Source: an uncultured Gemmatimonadales bacterium
GTDB lineage: Bacteria > Gemmatimonadota > Gemmatimonadetes > Gemmatimonadales > GWC2-71-9
Direction: 5' to 3'
DNA: 64,000 nucleotides
Assembly (NCBI GenBank): GCA_963821525.1
Contig: CAWGED010000004.1
Span: 192,001 to 256,000 of the forward strand
Made by a program: the position numbers and the translations under genes. Positions 12,325-23,140 of this stretch are shown here, one piece after another; the stretch's first letter is position 1, and each line of letters opens with the position of its first letter. Under the pieces are notes generated by a model. That model was not told where the DNA came from, searched no databases, and worked only from the letters and a program-made list of their open reading frames with translations.

Positions 12325-12897
12325 ATGACCATTCACCGTATCCGCATGCTGGGCGACCCGATTCTCCGCACCCGGTGCGAGCCGATCGCCAAGCCAGGTT
12401 CCGCCGCGGTTCGGGTGATCATCGACGACCTTCGGGATACCCTGCGCGATTTCCAGTCTCGGTTCGGGTACGGTCGGGCATTGGCCGCGCCGCAGATCGG
12501 AGCACCGGTCCGCATCGTCTTCGTGGAGATGGAGAAACCCTGGGCGCTGATCAACCCGGAGATCGTGGACGTCGACAACGAGGACTTCACCGTCTGGGAT
12601 GACTGTTTCTCGTTCCCCAACCTCCTGGTTCGGGTTTCACGAGCCTTCAGAATCAAGGTGCGGTATCAGGACGTGAAGGGAGAGTGGCAGACAGTTGACC
12701 TGGAGGGAGATCGCGCCGAACTCCTGCAGCACGAGATCGATCACCTCGACGGGGTCTTGGCGGTGGACCGGCCGCACGGACTCGATCCCTTCTGTCTCCG
12801 CGAGGAATGGAACCGGCAACATGCGCACGAGGGCCGCTACGGCGAGCCGGAAACCCGCAGTGAAAGCTACGCCGCGCCTTTGACCGGCTTGCTCTGA
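12325..12897 (+). CDS. def: Peptide deformylase (atypical motifs)
   Basis: GDPILR, ALAAPQIG, LINPEI, DDCFS, QHEIDHLDG. Confidence 0.88.
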   Translation: MTIHRIRMLGDPILRTRCEPIAKPGSAAVRVIIDDLRDTLRDFQSRFGYGRALAAPQIGAPVRIVFVEMEKPWALINPEIVDVDNEDFTVWDDCFSFPNLLVRVSRAFRIKVRYQDVKGEWQTVDLEGDRAELLQHEIDHLDGVLAVDRPHGLDPFCLREEWNRQHAHEGRYGEPETRSESYAAPLTGLL

Positions 12898-12917
12898 TTC
12901 GGTAACTCCGAAATACC

Positions 12918-13178
12918 CTACGACCCTCTCCGTCCCGATCCGGAGAGGGTCGCTTCGCTTTCAGGCACCGAGCGGCTGGAAAGCAGTCGCTCGGTGAAAT
13001 CCAGCCGGTTCTCCAACTCGGCGACCCGCGCCTGCAAATCGTCCACTCGGGGGTCTTCCCGTTCAACCACTCGTGGCTCGTTCCGTGGGCGGTAGTCCCA
13101 CCGGCGACGGAATCCGGAAAACAGAATGGCCACGATCACGATCCAGATCCAGGGGGGCATTCCGCTCCAGTCAGCCAT
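12918..13178 (-). CDS. Small membrane-anchored coiled-coil protein (PspB-like architecture)
   Basis: SD GGAGGG then MADWSGMPPWIWIVIVAILF (TM) ... LQARVAELENRLDFTERLL. Confidence 0.65.
   Translation of the reverse strand: MADWSGMPPWIWIVIVAILFSGFRRRWDYRPRNEPRVVEREDPRVDDLQARVAELENRLDFTERLLSSRSVPESEATLSGSGRRGS
12921..12952. terminator. Hairpin at convergent junction def / small membrane protein
   Basis: CGACCCTCTCCG / CGGAGAGGGTCG 12-bp perfect stem, 8-nt loop. Confidence 0.55.
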
Positions 13179-13790
13179 CGGATTTCCCTCCTTCCTCCGA
13201 TCCAGGCCGTTCCGCGCCTGAGCTCCATGCGCGCTCGATATCCGCGGTGGCCTGACGCAGCACCTCGACCACGCGCTTGACTGCAGGATCATCGGCACTG
13301 CGGCGCCAGGCCCGGCTGAAGGTCACCGAGGCGAGCCGGCCAAAGGTAGCGCCTACTTCACCTAGTCCGCCCCCAGCCACGTCGCGAATGGTCTCACGAA
13401 CCCGCTCGAAGATTTCGTCTACTTCGTCACGGCGCGAATCAAGCAGAGCCTCACCTTCCGGAGTGATGCGATAGACTTTCCGGCCGTCTTCCTCCGATGC
13501 CTCGGATGTAATCCCTGGTCCTCGAGCAGTTGAAGGGTAGGGTAGACCGTGCCGGCGGACGGGGTGTAGCAGCCTCCGAACTTCTCCTCGAGCGCCTTGA
13601 TGATCTCATAGCCGTGTCGTGGCTTTTCACGGAGCAGCCGGAGGATGACGAACTTCATTTCCCCGGACTCGAACATCTGCTGGCGGCCCCCCCGCCGAGC
13701 GTGGTGCCAACCACCCCGCCACCAACCTCCCCAATTGGCCGGATCCAGCTCCTTGAAGTCGAAGTCCCAGTCTTTTCTATGCTTAGACAT
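13171..13790 (-). CDS. PadR family transcriptional regulator (frameshift near 13510)
   Basis: MFESGEMKFVILRLLREKPRHGYEIIKALE...PSAGTVYPTLQLLED; continues RKVYRITPEG in another frame. Confidence 0.88.
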
Positions 13791-14017
13791 GCTCACCTCA
13801 CCAATTTCAGGCCGGTTGCAATCACGCTATATCTTGCGATATGTCGTACGATATAGCGCGGCTTCCTGTTTCGCCAGACGCTCTATCGATCCGGGGACCA
13901 GACTGGAGATTCGGGTGAGGATTTCCGGCGGCGCCCGATGACGGGGCAGGGGAGGAGACCGACATGGAGAGTTTGCGCCAGCCATCGCTGCCTCCCCAGA
14001 ATTCTGAAATGGCCAAG

Positions 14018-14600
14018 ATGCCCCGAGCGGTCGTCCTGCTGCTGGTGACACTGCTGTTCCCGGTTGCGCTGGCGGGACAGGACTCTACCTGGCAGGCGAT
14101 AACGCCAGAGGGTGTAATCCGGGCGTCGGCTCTGGTCGATTCAGTCTTCGTGGACAAGCAGATCAACCGGGCTGCGGTGGGCGGTGGTGACTTCACGGCC
14201 TACCTCATGGCGCGGCTGGGCGTGAACCGCATCCCACCTGATTTCCAATACCGAGTGAGGGTAGATACCGCGCTTATTCACCTCGGCGGCCGGCTTGCTG
14301 ACCTTCCTGATGAAGCGCGATCGTCTCTCGGCCCGCTCGTGATGTTCCTGAAGCCAGAGACACGGCTATTGGCTGAGATCGACCTCCAGAGCGGCGGGAC
14401 CCCGGGCGGTGCATTTTCGGCTTCGGAGTGTGCTGATTGAGGGGGTGCCAGTACCAGAATCTCTGCTGCAACCGGTGATGGCCAGCGTGGGGGATCAGTA
14501 TCCTGCTCTTACCTCATCTGGTCGCGATCTCTACGTGGAAATTCCCGAGGGCGGGCGAATGGCACTGCGGCCGGACAGCGTCGCGCTGGCACTGCCATGA
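14018..14600 (+). CDS. Hypothetical exported protein (frameshift near 14400)
   Basis: Signal peptide MPRAVVLLLVTLLFPVALAGQ; two joinable ORFs. Confidence 0.55.
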
Positions 14601-14694
14601 GCCGCCATCTGGGGATTGCACTTCGGTGTCTCGAGGCGGAACTTCGCAGAGTAGTGCGCATCTGCCAACTCCTGTCACTGCCGGAGGCGGAATC

Positions 14695-15267
14695 ATGCTT
14701 ACGCTACTGACGCTTCTGCTCGCGACGCCGGTCTCGACGCTGTCGATTGCCGATTCGGTTCAGAGCCTGAGCGGAGTCACCATGCCGGAAACGGTCACCG
14801 TGAACGGGACCGAGCTGGTGTTGAACGGCATGGCGCTTCGCAAGAAAATGGTATTCAAGGTCTATGTCGCTGGACTCTACCTTCCAGCCCGGAACTCTGA
14901 CGCCGAGACCATCCTTGGCGCCGACGCTCCACGGCAAATCGTCCTGCACTTCCTCCGCGGGGTGGACAAGGGGAAGATGTGCGACGCCTGGGAGGAGAGC
15001 CTAAAGAACAACAGTCCCGACGCTTCGGCAGATTTGAAGGAGAAATTCACGACGTTGTGCAGCTACATGGATGACGTCGATAAAGACCAGCAGATGATCT
15101 TCACCTATCTGCCGGAACAGGGCACTTCGATCGAAGTCAACGGAGCAGCTAAGGGAACGCTGGAGGGGAAGGAATTCGCCGACGCCCTGTTCCGTTCATG
15201 GATCGGCCCTAAGCCGGGGCCCGGAGAGGACTTCAAGAAGAAACTGCTCGGGCAGAAGAAGGACTGA
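14695..15267 (+). CDS. Chalcone isomerase-like exported protein
   Basis: SD GGAGG; LVLNGMALRKKMVFKVYVAGLYL ... GKEFADALFRSWIGPKP. Confidence 0.85.
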   Translation: MLTLLTLLLATPVSTLSIADSVQSLSGVTMPETVTVNGTELVLNGMALRKKMVFKVYVAGLYLPARNSDAETILGADAPRQIVLHFLRGVDKGKMCDAWEESLKNNSPDASADLKEKFTTLCSYMDDVDKDQQMIFTYLPEQGTSIEVNGAAKGTLEGKEFADALFRSWIGPKPGPGEDFKKKLLGQKKD

Positions 15268-15281
15268 GGCGGAGTCGCGTT

Positions 15282-17337
15282 TTAGTAGCGTTGACCGATC
15301 CTTACGAAGAACTGGTCCCGATCTTCGGTGTTCCGGCCGTATTCAACCCGAACGTCGCCGATCGGAGTGTCGAGCCCCAAGCCGACCCTTCCACCACCGA
15401 GCCAATTCCCCTGAGGGAGCCCACCGTCCGGGGCGGACACCTGCCCCGTCGCTCCCTGAAGCCGGAGACTGAAGGGACCGATCAATTTTTCATAGGCGGT
15501 CAGGCGAAACATCAGGACGCATTGGCCTCGACGCTCCCCGATATGGAACCCGGGGAATCCGTCGTAGCCACCAAGCATGATGGTCAGATGAGGGGGCAAG
15601 GCATCCCCGATGCCGTATTGCACCTCCGGAATCAGGTTCAGAGCCCCAATCTTGAATCGCTGCTTCGCGTCGAGGGAAAACCGGGTATATCCGGAGGTCC
15701 AGGTGAACTCGCCGAAAGCTCCCGATGGGCGGTATCGGGGCCCCGAAGCGAAGTACATCTCCAGGCCTGCGCCCGAGGGCTCGGGAACGTCCGCGTCTCC
15801 CACGTACCCGGTGCCTCCGAGTCCTAGTACTCCGCGACCCCCGAACTCATGCTCCAGCCCCAAAAAGCCTCTGACTTCCCGATCACGGACTGAAGCCTGT
15901 CTTACTCCGCTGGAATCGTAGAGGCGGACCGATTCACCCTCGATCTTGACCGAGAGTACGGGACGCACCAGGCGGTTACCAACGACTGCTGGACGCAGCG
16001 CTGCATTAACACCTTGCCGCAGCTCGTCGAGATTGATGATCGCGGATCCCTCGATGCCGGAAAGCGTCGCACCCCGATCCAGCAGTCCGACCCAGGCCCT
16101 CCCGCCGATGTCACTGTCATAGTCGATTCCGAGCGCCGCAAGACGGGGCGGGGCCGGTCGGATCAGCAGGTTGAGCGACAGCGAATCCTGGTGACCGGAC
16201 GGGTTGAGCCACACCTCCTCGAAGTTGTCGAGGTTGGCGAGATCCTGAAGCCCTTTCCGCAGATCGGAGACGCTGACCCGGTCTCCTTGCGAGAGGCCGA
16301 GTCTCTTCTCCAAGGCGGCCTTCTCGACCGGGGTCGCGTTCTCGGTTGTGACCTTGTCGAGCTTGAATTGCCGAAGCGGCGGGACCGGTGACGGAGGCCC
16401 GGATGCTGCCGCAACCCATTCCGCCGAGGACCTGAGCCGCAGCCCGGTATCCATGCGCGATGAGCGAATCCATCTTGTTCTCGGAAAAATCCAGCGCCGC
16501 GAAGTCCTGGACTTCGGGAACGATGAGCCGGTCTTCCGCGTGCAGGGAATCGGTTGCCTGGCTGAAGAGAAAGCCGACCAGCTGATCGATGAGCACGAGA
16601 GGTGAAGCCAGATTCACCGAGTCTCCCTCGTGCCAACCTACATCCGAGATGACGAGCCGACTCGCTCCCTCGGCGCGAGCCGCTCCTACCGGAATGTTTG
16701 CCACCAGGCCGCCGTCTCCGAGCACTACGCTATCGATCGTCTGGGGGTGAAAGACGAGCGGGATGGACATGCTGGCCCGGACGGCGTGGGCCAAGTCCCC
16801 GCTGCGGAGGACGACAGCTTTGCGATTGGTCAGATCGGTTGCGACTGCGCGGAACGGAATGGCGAGAGAATCGAAGTCCCCCCTCGCCATGAGGTTGCCC
16901 CGTAGGAGTGCGGCATTCAGCTTCGAATTGAGGGCCACTTCCTGCACCGCCGGCTGACGAAACTCGAAGCGTCCCTTCCCCTGTTCCCACATGAGAAGAG
17001 GCTGCTCGGTGCCGATTGAGCGTGGTGCTCGCGGCTGGTCACGGCGGAAAACATCCTGAATCAGAAGGGCGCGGGCGAGGGAGTCGATCGCGTGACCGTG
17101 ATAGCCACTGGAGTAGAGGGCCCCGACAATCGAACCCATGCTGGTGCCGACCACCAGAGTAGGACGAAGGCCAAGGCTGTCGAGCACCTCGATGACGCCG
17201 ATGTGCGCCAAACCTTTTGCCCCGCCCCCGGAGAGGACCAGGGCAAAGGGTGGGGGGCTGCAGTCTTGGGCTTGAAGCGGAGGAATTGGGGTGCCGAGCA
17301 GGCCAATCGCACTTGCCACGGCTAAGCGTAACCTCAT
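15282..17337 (-). CDS. Patatin-like phospholipase with POTRA and C-terminal beta-barrel (PlpD/type Vd-like), frameshift near 16400
   Basis: [16 protein letters not shown] catalytic motifs; C-terminal [15 protein letters not shown]...FFVRIGQRY beta-signal. Confidence 0.85.
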
Positions 17338-17461
17338 GGGCCAGAATATAATGCTCGCCCCCCTTGCGTCGGTTCAGAGCACTCGTGATACTTGGCTTCC
17401 TGCGAAGGGAACAGCTGCTATTTGGCCGGTTTCGCCGGCTGGAATCCGGGAGGTCGGTGAA

Positions 17462-17725
17462 ATGACATATGTGATCGCCGAGGCCTGCATCGGCGTGAAA
17501 GACCGCGCCTGTGTAGACGTGTGCCCCGTCGACTGCATCTATGAAGGGGAGGATCAGCTTTACATCCACCCCGACGAGTGCATCGACTGCGGGGCATGCG
17601 AACCGGAATGCCCGGTGAACGCAATATTCCCGGAAGAGGATGTCCCGGCCAATATGGTGGCCTATATCGAGAAAAATCGCGAGGTCTTCGGCAGCGAAAC
17701 CCCGCCCGGCCGGCCGAAGCGATAG
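17462..17725 (+). CDS. fdxA: Dicluster ferredoxin (FdxA type)
   Basis: [33 protein letters not shown]...[18 protein letters not shown]. Confidence 0.92.
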   Translation: MTYVIAEACIGVKDRACVDVCPVDCIYEGEDQLYIHPDECIDCGACEPECPVNAIFPEEDVPANMVAYIEKNREVFGSETPPGRPKR

Positions 17726-17772
17726 GCCCAACCTCTCAGCCGGTAGGCTGGCTTTATCGCCAGCTCCAATTG

Positions 17773-17807
17773 AAGCGACCCTCCCCGGATTCCGTGGAGG
17801 GTCGTTT
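17773..17807. terminator. Hairpin downstream of ferredoxin
   Basis: AAGCGACCCTCC / GGAGGGTCGTTT stem. Confidence 0.6.
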
Positions 17808-17978
17808 GATATCGGAACGCCGGTATGTGATCCTGGCTACAAAGAGAGGCGGCCCCGGGATCGTACTGCTTTGGCCGCGACCCCGGAGCCGTTCATGGAA
17901 GGACATCAACCGGCGGGGTTGCAGCGATTGCCGCGTCCGTCCGCCGTACATATAGACGTCTGAAACCGCCAAATGGTT

Positions 17979-19208
17979 TCATGGCCGTGCGAGTGACGCT
18001 CCTGGCGACAGGCTGCGCAAAAACTCCACTACCAACGCCGTGGCCTCAGGAGCCCGTTCGAGCGGAGTCAGATGACCGGCGCCTGACACGATGGCCAATC
18101 TGGCTCCTGGAATTCCATCCGCGATGATTTTCGCAGAATCCGGAGTGGTCAGCTGATCCTCTGCACCGACCACCACCAGGGTAGGAATCCCGGAAAGTTC
18201 CTTGAGCAACGGCGTGCTGTCCGGACGGTCGCGCATGGCTCCGAGCGCCCCGAGTATGCCGGCCACTTCCATGGACGCCATCATTTTTCGCACTTGCTCA
18301 GCCAACGCGGGGTTTTCCCGAAGGGTGCTGGGGGAGAGCATCTTCGGCAGCATGGCATCGGCTATCGCCTCTGCTCCGCCCTCACGCGCCTGAGCCATCG
18401 CCACATCTCGGGCGCGTTTGCCTTCGGGAGAATCCGCTTCGGCGCGAGTATCCATCAAGATCAACCCTCGAATGCGACTGCGGGCGCGGCGAAGCAATTC
18501 AAAGGCGATGTATCCCCCCATGGATAGGCCGCACAATACAACCTCCTTGCGACCGAGCGTGTCCAGCAACGCGAGCAGGTCTTCGGCGTAGGTCGCCATG
18601 CTGTAACCCAGGTCCGGCGCATCGGATTGCCCCATGCCGCGAAGGTCCGGCACAATCCGCATCCAGTCTTCCAAGGCCGCAACCTGCGCCTGCCAGATCG
18701 AATGATCGAGCGGGTAGCCGTGAATAAAGAGGATGGCCGGGCCGGTTCCCTTGATTTCAACGCCCAGGTTGACGCCGTTCACCGTGAGCCGCCGCAGGGT
18801 TCCACCGGGCGAGCGTTGATTCATGAACTGCTCCCAGCCGGCCGGAACCGCGACCGGACCTCCGTCCCGATCTACACAAACGAAGATGAATTCCGCGGTC
18901 GCTATGAGGGCATCTCCCTGGACCCGGCGCGCGGACTGGCGCAGCGTGAAGCTGGTGTGTCCAACATGGAGCAGTGTGGTCTGGAACCGGAGAACGTCGC
19001 CCGGAAACGCCGGCGCATGATATTCGATTTCTGCCTTCCGCACCGCGGGCCAGGCCGCCGAGCGGGTGAAGAAATCCATCCCGGGGCCGCGAGCAAGCAT
19101 CTCCCAGCGGGCTCGTTCGAAGAGACTGAGGAACGAGGCCTGGTTGAGGTGGCCGAAGGAATCGCAGTCGTCGGGATAGACCGTCAGGTCAACGTCGGGT
19201 GGGGCCAC
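17979..19208 (-). CDS. Fusion of hotdog (4HBT/YbgC-type) thioesterase and alpha/beta hydrolase
   Basis: DCDSFGHLNQASFLSLFERAR then FIHGYPLD, GLSMGG, GAEDQL, GAGHL in one ORF. Confidence 0.88.
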   Translation of the reverse strand: MAPPDVDLTVYPDDCDSFGHLNQASFLSLFERARWEMLARGPGMDFFTRSAAWPAVRKAEIEYHAPAFPGDVLRFQTTLLHVGHTSFTLRQSARRVQGDALIATAEFIFVCVDRDGGPVAVPAGWEQFMNQRSPGGTLRRLTVNGVNLGVEIKGTGPAILFIHGYPLDHSIWQAQVAALEDWMRIVPDLRGMGQSDAPDLGYSMATYAEDLLALLDTLGRKEVVLCGLSMGGYIAFELLRRARSRIRGLILMDTRAEADSPEGKRARDVAMAQAREGGAEAIADAMLPKMLSPSTLRENPALAEQVRKMMASMEVAGILGALGAMRDRPDSTPLLKELSGIPTLVVVGAEDQLTTPDSAKIIADGIPGARLAIVSGAGHLTPLERAPEATALVVEFLRSLSPGASLARP

Positions 19209-20220
19209 AGAAACTCCGCGGTGACGCGAGCTCGGCGCAGCAGAGGGGTGTCTTCCGGAGCAATCGCAATCTGGGGGTCAAAGGTATTCCAGAAACAGGG
19301 TGCGTGGTAGGAACCTCGCAGAGTGCCACGAGGGCCGCGAAGGTCTTTGCCCCGTAGGTCTGCTCCAACGCCAGGTTGTAACCCGAAACCCGTTGCGCCG
19401 CCGCTCGCGCCGCGGGAGTTGGCGACCCGTACCCGCCGCCCAGGAAACTGGTGAGCACTCTGGTTCGAGCAGAACCGGGGCGCACCTCGAGGCCCGCGTT
19501 CCTTAGCAACCTTCTTGTGCCGGCCACCAGCCGGTCGACCTGCCAACGATTCGCCACGATGGGGTCCGCGACCCGAACCCCACAAAGTGTCACGTCTTGA
19601 CCGGCAATCCAGGAGCCGAGGACCAATCCTGCGATAGTTCCACCGCTGCCCAGGGGGGCAACGATCACGTCGGGTTTCGGGACCTCGCCCGCTCTCACCT
19701 GCTCCCAGAATTCCAGAGCCGCGTTGACTCCGCCGAGAACCCCCAGAGGATTGGCACCGCCTGCCGGCACCCAGGCCGGCCGTCCGAAGCGGGACGCGTG
19801 TCGCCAGGCTCGGATTACCGCGAACGGCAATTTCCACTTTGCATCGGCAAGAAATACTCGCGCGTGGCTGGCGGTCGCGGCCAGCGTACCCGGAACACTC
19901 CCGACCCAGGGCTGCGGAAAGAGGCCGACCGCCACCTTCTGTTGCCGGCGCTGGGCGTAGAAAGAGAGTGCGGCGACGTATGTCGATCCGTAGCCGCCCA
20001 TCGATACAATCCACGACCCGGCACCGGGAAGAATCCATTCGAGCGCCCGCAGCTTGCTTCCGCCCGGACCGTCGAGCGCACTCTTGTCTTCGCGCTTTAT
20101 CGAGAGCGAGGCGAATCCCAGTTCGCGGGCGAGCTCGGGGTGAGTCTCGACCGGGGTGGGGAACCGCCCCAGCGCAACGCGGGGGATCGCGACCCCGAGG
20201 CGCTTCTCTAGAGGAAGCAT
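19189..20220 (-). CDS. PLP-dependent ACC deaminase / D-cysteine desulfhydrase family protein
   Basis: GRFPTPV, IKRED, GGSKLRALEW, GGANPLG, PLGSGGTIAG, LEQTYGAK; 3' end probably frameshifted. Confidence 0.82.
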   Translation of the reverse strand: MLPLEKRLGVAIPRVALGRFPTPVETHPELARELGFASLSIKREDKSALDGPGGSKLRALEWILPGAGSWIVSMGGYGSTYVAALSFYAQRRQQKVAVGLFPQPWVGSVPGTLAATASHARVFLADAKWKLPFAVIRAWRHASRFGRPAWVPAGGANPLGVLGGVNAALEFWEQVRAGEVPKPDVIVAPLGSGGTIAGLVLGSWIAGQDVTLCGVRVADPIVANRWQVDRLVAGTRRLLRNAGLEVRPGSARTRVLTSFLGGGYGSPTPAARAAAQRVSGYNLALEQTYGAKTFAALVALCEVPTTHPVSGIPLTPRLRLLRKTPLCCAELASPRSFCGPTRR

Positions 20221-20410
20221 GAGAGAGACGTATTGACTGCGAGCGACACGGGCGACGCGTCTCCAATTGCAGAATGATGGTGATGCGCCCAATCTTCACC
20301 CGGCGATTTGCTATCGGCAATCTCTCACCGGGTTCACTCCATGAGGCCCATCTCCTGATGCTCGACCAGCGGCGAGTGCGATACGTCCCACCCGCGGTGT
20401 GGGCCCACAC

Positions 20411-21570
20411 GTGAGCGACACCGGCAGCGAGGCTCCGGCCATCAACCACATTCTCACCGGGCAAGCTTTCGACACGCTGATTGGACGATTCCAGGAAGCG
20501 CCTCTGCTGGCGGTTGATACCGAGGCCGCGAGCTTCCACCGCCACAAGGACCGGATCTACCTGATCCAGCTCTCCTCCCGAGACGAGACGGCAGTGGTCG
20601 ATCCTCTCGCGGTTCACGAATTGAGCGGCTTGGGCACGTTACTGAGCAACCCCGCGATCGAGAGTCATCTTCCACGACGCCGACTACGACCTGCGCATTC
20701 TGGATCGGGACTACGGGTTCCACGCGGTCAACCTGTTCGACACGAGAATCGCGGCACAACTGCTGAACGAGCCAGGGATCGGACTCGCCGCACTGCTCGA
20801 GAAATATGTCGGCGTGAAGCTGGACAAGCGTTTCCAGCGAGCCGACTGGTCGGTCCGTCCGCTCAAGCCCGGCATGCTGCAGTACGCCGCGGACGATACC
20901 CGGTTCCTCCCGGTCCTGCGTGATTTGCTCAAGGAGCGACTGCTCGCCGCGGAGCGCTGGAGCTGGGCCAAGGAGGAGTTCGAGCTGCTGGAAGGAGTAC
21001 GCTGGAACGCGGGAGGACCTCCGGGGGAAGCCTATCTGCGGATGAAGGGCGCCCGGACACTCAAAGGACGGCAACTTGCCGTTCTTCGCGCCTTGTTCGA
21101 TTGGCGGGAGCGCATCGCCGCGCAGCTGGATCGCGCACCATTCCGGATCGTTCACAACGACACACTGCTGACGGTCGCGAAGGCCCAACCGCGCAGCCCG
21201 GCCGCCCTTCAGGAGGCGGCACGCCTTTCCCCTGACTTGCTGCGCCGTTGGGGAGAAGGGATTCTCGACGCGGTGGAGAGCGGGCTCGCGGCGCCGCAGA
21301 GTTCGATTCCGGTTTTCGAGCGTAGCCGGAGACCACCACCCGACCCGGAACGGGACGCCCGACTCGAAAGACTCAAGGCCGCGCGCAACGCTATCGCGCA
21401 GCGACTGGATCTGGCGCCGGGCGTGTTAGGCGCGAATGGTCTGCTCGAGGCGATAGCGAATCAGAATCCCGACCGGCGCGGAGGAGCTGGAGGCGATTCC
21501 TGACATGCGACGCTGGCAACGGGAGGTGCTGGGAAAGGAACTGATCGAAGCGGCAAAGGCTACTTCATGA
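20411..21570 (+). CDS. rnd: Ribonuclease D (3'-5' exonuclease + HRDC), frameshifted
   Basis: LAVDTEAASFH, LIQLS, FHDADYD, QRADWSVRPL..LQYAADD, WRERIAAQLDRAPFRI. Confidence 0.9.
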
Positions 21571-21583
21571 GGTTTGACCTGGC

Positions 21584-21883
21584 TCACCCTCCAAGCAAGG
21601 TCCGCAGCCTGGGGTCCATCTTCTCGGGAGTCCAATAGGGTTCCCAGACGATTTCGACCTCCGCCGAGCGAACTCCCTCGACATCTTCCACCGTCCGCTT
21701 TACGTCGCCCACAATTTCGGGACCCGAGGGACAGCCCGGTGAGGTGAGGGTCATGTTCACGTGCACGTCGCCCTCGTCGCTGACCGTAATGTCGTAGACC
21801 AGCCCGATGTCGATGATGTTGAGGTTCAGCTCCGGATCTTTGACGGCGCGCAGCGCCTTCCGGACCGTGTCTGCATTGACCAT
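21584..21883 (-). CDS. DUF59/SufT-like Fe-S cluster maturation factor
   Basis: VKDPELNLNIIDIGLVY, MTLTSPGCP, VWEPYWTPEKM; SD AGGAGG. Confidence 0.92.
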   Translation of the reverse strand: MVNADTVRKALRAVKDPELNLNIIDIGLVYDITVSDEGDVHVNMTLTSPGCPSGPEIVGDVKRTVEDVEGVRSAEVEIVWEPYWTPEKMDPRLRTLLGG

Positions 21884-21940
21884 CTGCAATCCTCCTGAGG
21901 AGGAAAGCTACCGGTCCCGACGGGAGAGCGTCAACCGCGC

Positions 21941-23140
21941 TCAACAGGAGGGCTGAATTCGATCGGAGCAGGCACCAGGGACGGCTCGCACCGTGGCGTC
22001 GGCAAGACGGGCGCGAACCGCTCGCAGCTCGGAGATCGAGCGACCTACCCGTGGATCGTAGGCCCGATTGGTGAGAAAGATCAGAAACACGTCCCGGACG
22101 GGATCGAGCCACAATTCGGTCCCGGTCCAGCCGGTGTGGCCGTATGTGGAATCGGTGAAGAGTGTGCCTGCCGCGACCGGCTCTTTTCCTGGTGGATCCC
22201 GCCGCTCCCACCCGAGGAGCCGGTTTCCGCTCGAGGCGCCCGGCTGGAGAAACCGTCGGATCGTGACCGCTTCGAAGACTCGGCGGTCACCCATGCTCCC
22301 CTCGGAGAGCCAGAGGCGGGCGTAGCGGGCCAGGTCCGTTCCCGTCGAGAAGGCCCCTGCGTGGCCGGCGACCTCGCCGAACCGTACCGCGTTCTGGTCG
22401 TTGACGACCCCCCGCGAGGGATGGCCATGCCAGACCCCGGTAGGTACCACGGATTCGTAGAGCGAGCGGGGAGGCGTGAACATCGTCCGCGACATCCCCG
22501 CGGGAGCAAAGACTTCTCGAGTTGCGAACCGATCAAGCGGCTCTCCCGCAACCCGATCCACCAACAGACCCAGGAGGAGAAAGTTGAGGTCACTGTACTC
22601 CGCACTCTTCCCGGGCGGACGGCGCAGCGGTTCGGCGTAGAGCAGCGCAATGGCACTGTCCCGAGTTGGCGCCAGACGAAAGAACTGGACGTAACTCCGC
22701 AGCCCGCTGGTGTGGTCCAGCAGCATACGGACGGTCACCTCGCCCTTTCTGCCCCCGGTGAAGCGAGGCAGGTACGAGACGACCGGTCGGTCCAGATCAA
22801 CCTTCCCCTGCTCCACCAGCCGCATTACCGATGGAGTCGTGGCGGTGACCTTGGTGAGCGAGGCGAGATCCCAGATCGTGGAATCGGGCGAGGGAACCGG
22901 AGATTTCGCGTCCCAGGTGAGGTGGCCGTAGCCTCGGCTGTACAGCACCGATCCCCGACGACCGACGACGACGACGGCGCCGGGATAGATGCCCCGCTCG
23001 ATGCCGGCTTCAACGATCTCATCCAGCGAAGCGAATTGCCCAGCCAGTGGAGGAATGTGAGGCGAGGGTCGAGGGAAGTAGGCGAGGAGACTGAGCGAGA
23101 GAAGTCCTAGTGGGATGGTACCGCGCCAGTGCCGCTTCAT
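21941..23140 (-). CDS. Serine hydrolase, beta-lactamase family
   Basis: DLASLTK (SxxK), LLDHTSG, YSD, GHTGWTG. Confidence 0.9.
   Translation of the reverse strand: MKRHWRGTIPLGLLSLSLLAYFPRPSPHIPPLAGQFASLDEIVEAGIERGIYPGAVVVVGRRGSVLYSRGYGHLTWDAKSPVPSPDSTIWDLASLTKVTATTPSVMRLVEQGKVDLDRPVVSYLPRFTGGRKGEVTVRMLLDHTSGLRSYVQFFRLAPTRDSAIALLYAEPLRRPPGKSAEYSDLNFLLLGLLVDRVAGEPLDRFATREVFAPAGMSRTMFTPPRSLYESVVPTGVWHGHPSRGVVNDQNAVRFGEVAGHAGAFSTGTDLARYARLWLSEGSMGDRRVFEAVTIRRFLQPGASSGNRLLGWERRDPPGKEPVAAGTLFTDSTYGHTGWTGTELWLDPVRDVFLIFLTNRAYDPRVGRSISELRAVRARLADATVRAVPGACSDRIQPSC

Noticed and set aside
12096..12332. 78-aa ORF or foreign DNA in the AT-rich sufR-def spacer
   Set aside because: AT richness is explained by divergent promoters; the ORF lacks the host codon pattern.
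17808..17978. Possible sRNA or small ORF downstream of fdxA
   Set aside because: No recognisable RNA motif or convincing start; cannot be supported from sequence alone.
21941..23140. Antibiotic-resistance beta-lactamase
   Set aside because: YSD and HTG motifs fit the broad esterase/AmpC-like serine hydrolase family; no evidence for resistance function.
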